Source: Okamejei kenojei
Lineage: Eukaryota
Direction of reading: 5' to 3'
Length of the DNA: 64,000 bases
NCBI GenBank assembly: GCA_035221665.1
Contig: CM069162.1
Coordinates: 23,498,001-23,562,000, forward strand
Made by a program: the position numbers and the translations under genes. Within the stretch, counting starts at the first letter, position 1; the number at the start of each line of letters is the position of its first letter. Shown piece after piece: positions 61,215 through 64,000 of this stretch. The notes beneath the pieces were generated by a model, which was not told the DNA's origin, ran no database searches, and saw nothing but the letters and a program-made list of their open reading frames with translations.

Positions 61215-61885
61215 AAGTTTTTAAGAAGGAACTGCAGATGCTGGAAAATCGAAGGTTGACAAAAATGCTGGAGAAACTCAGCAGGTGAGGCAGCGTCTAT
61301 GGAGTGAAGGAAATATGCAAAGTTTCAGGTCGAGACCCTTCTTCAGACTGATGCGAGGGGGGGGGAAGAAGAAAGGAAGAGGCGGAGAGAGTGGGCTGAG
61401 GAAGAGCTGAGAAGGGGAGGAGAAAGCAGGGACTACCTGAAATTAGAGAAGTCAATGTTCATACTGCTGGGGTGTAAACTGACCAAGCGAAATATGAGGT
61501 GGTGCTCCTCCAATTTACAGTGGTCCTCACTCTGCCCATGGAGGCGGCCCAGGACAGAAAGGCCGGATTCGGAATGGGAAGGGGAATTGAAGTGCTGAGC
61601 CACCGGGAGGTCAGGTAGGTTTACGCGAACCTAGTGGAGGCGTTGGGTGAAGCGATCACCAAGCCTACGTTTGGTCTCACCGATGTAGAGCTGCTGACAC
61701 CTAGAGCAGCGGATGCAATAGATGAGGTTGGAGAAGGTGCAGGTGAACCTCTGCCGCACCTGGAAAGACTGCTTGGGTCCTTGAATGGAGTCAAGAGGGG
61801 GGAGGTAAAGTGACAAGTGTAGCATTTCCAGTGGTTGCAAGAGGAAGTGCCAGGAGAGGGGGTGGTTTGGGTGGGAAGGGACGAT
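61215..61885 (-). mobile_element. Penelope-like retroelement 3' fragment with GIY-YIG endonuclease remnant and terminal repeat
   Basis: ORF 61631-61903: FTCTFSNLIYCIRCSRCQQLYIGETKRRLGDRF; ends in cagtctgaagaagggtctcgacc...ccagcatctgcagttcc. Confidence 0.92.
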
Positions 61886-63469
61886 TATTATTAAGTAGAT
61901 CAAGTGATATGATGCTATAAGCCACTAAAATAAGTGTTATCTTGATTTCAAACTGGGAGAAAAGCAGTAAGCTCTCAACAGGTAACTACAAGATTTAAAT
62001 GTTAGTTCAAGAATAACGCGGCTACGATCCCAGGAAAAATCCCATTCAGACTGCACTGGGATTGTTCAGGGAATTAGTTTAGTGCCTCAGCTGCAATAAA
62101 TGCTGCATTGAGTATATTCAGTTTAACAGTAGATTTCTCAGTGTGCAACGATAATAGAAATCAGTGGGAAACAGAGGCATCCTAACCTTAAATGGTCCTT
62201 ACGTAATGGCCACAGTCTGATTTTATGCATGTGTGATTTGTGGCAATGATACTGGTTTGCCATACTCCAAACATCTTGAACATCTTGCATTGGGTCACTC
62301 AAAATGCATTTTTTTTTAAAAGTAGAGCAATAAACACATAGCAAAATAAACATGCAACTTCATTGAAAAATAATGGCTAATATTTAGTTGGTCTACCTTC
62401 ATATCGTTACAGCCATGAAGGCTGAAAATGTTTTAAAGTAAAGAGTTGCAGAGCCAGCTATTGAACACCAAGGGTCCCCAGACAGTTGACAGCAACAGAT
62501 GGTCGAAAGGGAAGTGCTTGGCACAGATCACTACGCACGAGGAAGTCTGTGGTAATCATTTGCGCTTTGCTGTTAACCACAAACTCTGGGCCACAACTGT
62601 TTGTTTTGTGCTCATCTCTCTGTAGGTCTTGAGCACACATAACCAGACAATTAGAAGAGTCACAGGTGGAACTTATTTCAGTAGTTTAATTAGCTATTTC
62701 TGATAGGGATTTAGTGCCAAGTAATATCAGCTAGTTGAAGAGATCGCTGGCAAACAGACTGAATGCACTTGAGTGGATAGATTGAAGATTGAATGCTAGA
62801 AGAAAAAGGCAAGTTCAACCTAGCCCCAACCAATGAAGTTCCATTATTAAACCAAGATGGGACTGAATGAATTTTAACACCAACTTCTCCTACTCAATGT
62901 ATAGTGATAGAGACTTCACCCATAGCATATTGCTAAGTTAATGTTGAACTAACTTAAAATGTATTGAAGCTTTGCCTGCAACTTACAGCAAACAGCGCAT
63001 TTAACCTAACAAGTCTGAGGTGGTATACACAGTAAACTTAACTCCACTACATCCACCTCTTCCCATTTCCAGACATACAGCTTTGATCCAATCATGCATT
63101 CCATTAACACTTAGCTCAAAACAAATGTAGTCATATAGCTACAATTCCTAGTACTTAACCATTCAACTGAACAAATGTTGCCTCATAATTATCTATTGGT
63201 GAATCACGGACAAATGTACACAGAATCCTACCTTTATCAAGCATCGTCTCAAGCGCAGACTGAAAAAAAATGCCAACATGTCAACCTATGTATTACCTGG
63301 TACCCACAGGATTTAAATGCGGTGAACACACCCACAAAAGGCTTATGACATTTTGAATTTTTAAAAACATATCCTCACCCACAGGGGGAAGAGCTGAGCA
63401 GAATCATTTCTTAAGCTACCAGCCTGTGAGTAAAAACCAAGACAAAAGTGGTCACGTTGATGGGAGGCA

Positions 63470-63870
63470 CTAATGAAAAATGCACAATGAGCGTTTGATG
63501 GTACTGGTGTTTAGAAGGATGAGGGGATCCTCACTGAAACTGAACGGATGGTGAAAGGCCTGGATAGAGTGGATGTTTCCACTAGTGGAAGAGTCATGGA
63601 CCAGAAGTCATTGCCTCAGAATTTAAGGAAGTTCTTTTAGGAAGGAGAGGAGGAATTTATTTAGTCAGAGTGGTAAATCTGTGGAATTCATTGCCACAGA
63701 AGGCTATGGAGGACGTCAATAGATATTTTTACTGCAGAGATGGATTCTTAATTAGTACGCGGGAAGAAGGTAGGAGAATGAGGTCAGGAAGGACAGATAG
63801 ATCAGCAATGATTGAATGGAATTGATGGGCCAAATGGCCCAATTCTACTTTAGCACTTACGAACTTATGA
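63470..63870 (+). mobile_element. Decayed CR1 LINE 3' fragment
   Basis: ggcctggatagagtggatg...gtggtaaatctgtggaattcattgccacagaagg...gggccaaatggcc. Confidence 0.8.
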
Positions 63871-64000
63871 AAGTGTTTCCCAAAGAATGCATCTATATAC
63901 ACATGCAATTAACACTATTACGTCAGTGGATAAGTTCATCTTGTCCTCAGATTAATGAAGAGCATACATGAAAGATTGGAGGAGAGAGATGGAAAGTTGC

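Noticed and set aside
1-64000. CRISPR array, prophage or other prokaryotic system
   Set aside because: No regularly spaced repeat-spacer array or operon-like ORFs; the recurrent short repeats are dispersed eukaryotic retroelement termini.

Overview
Vertebrate genomic DNA, not prokaryotic. The repeat content (HE1/V-type SINEs, CR1/HER1 LINEs, Penelope termini, Deu-type SINEs) points to a cartilaginous fish, probably a skate or ray (inference). Three protein-coding genes were reconstructed exon by exon on the minus strand, all with GT-AG borders: PANK4 (exons 1-9, running off the left end), HES3/her3 (4 exons; bHLH-Orange-WRPW) and VAMP3 (exons 2-5; exon 1 not found). Phases are consistent except HES3 exon 1, which is ambiguous. 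The ~34 kb between PANK4 and HES3 is where Hes5 genes usually lie, but no recognisable Hes5 coding sequence was seen. Instead there are three plus-strand copies of two non-coding modules (A, B), whose fourth, inverted copies form the HES3 upstream region. An older duplicated RBPJ+E-box module (C) is also present. One copy extends to a ~1.15-kb inverted repeat bracketing HES3, with a step in identity suggesting gene conversion. About 30 short Penelope-derived elements carry a minimal hammerhead-ribozyme motif, some with clean target-site duplications. PANK4 keeps the two catalytic residues lost in amniotes. Three N-gaps and one indel-ridden stretch limit conclusions about missing genes. All calls are by eye; no database search was run, and TE boundaries are approximate.
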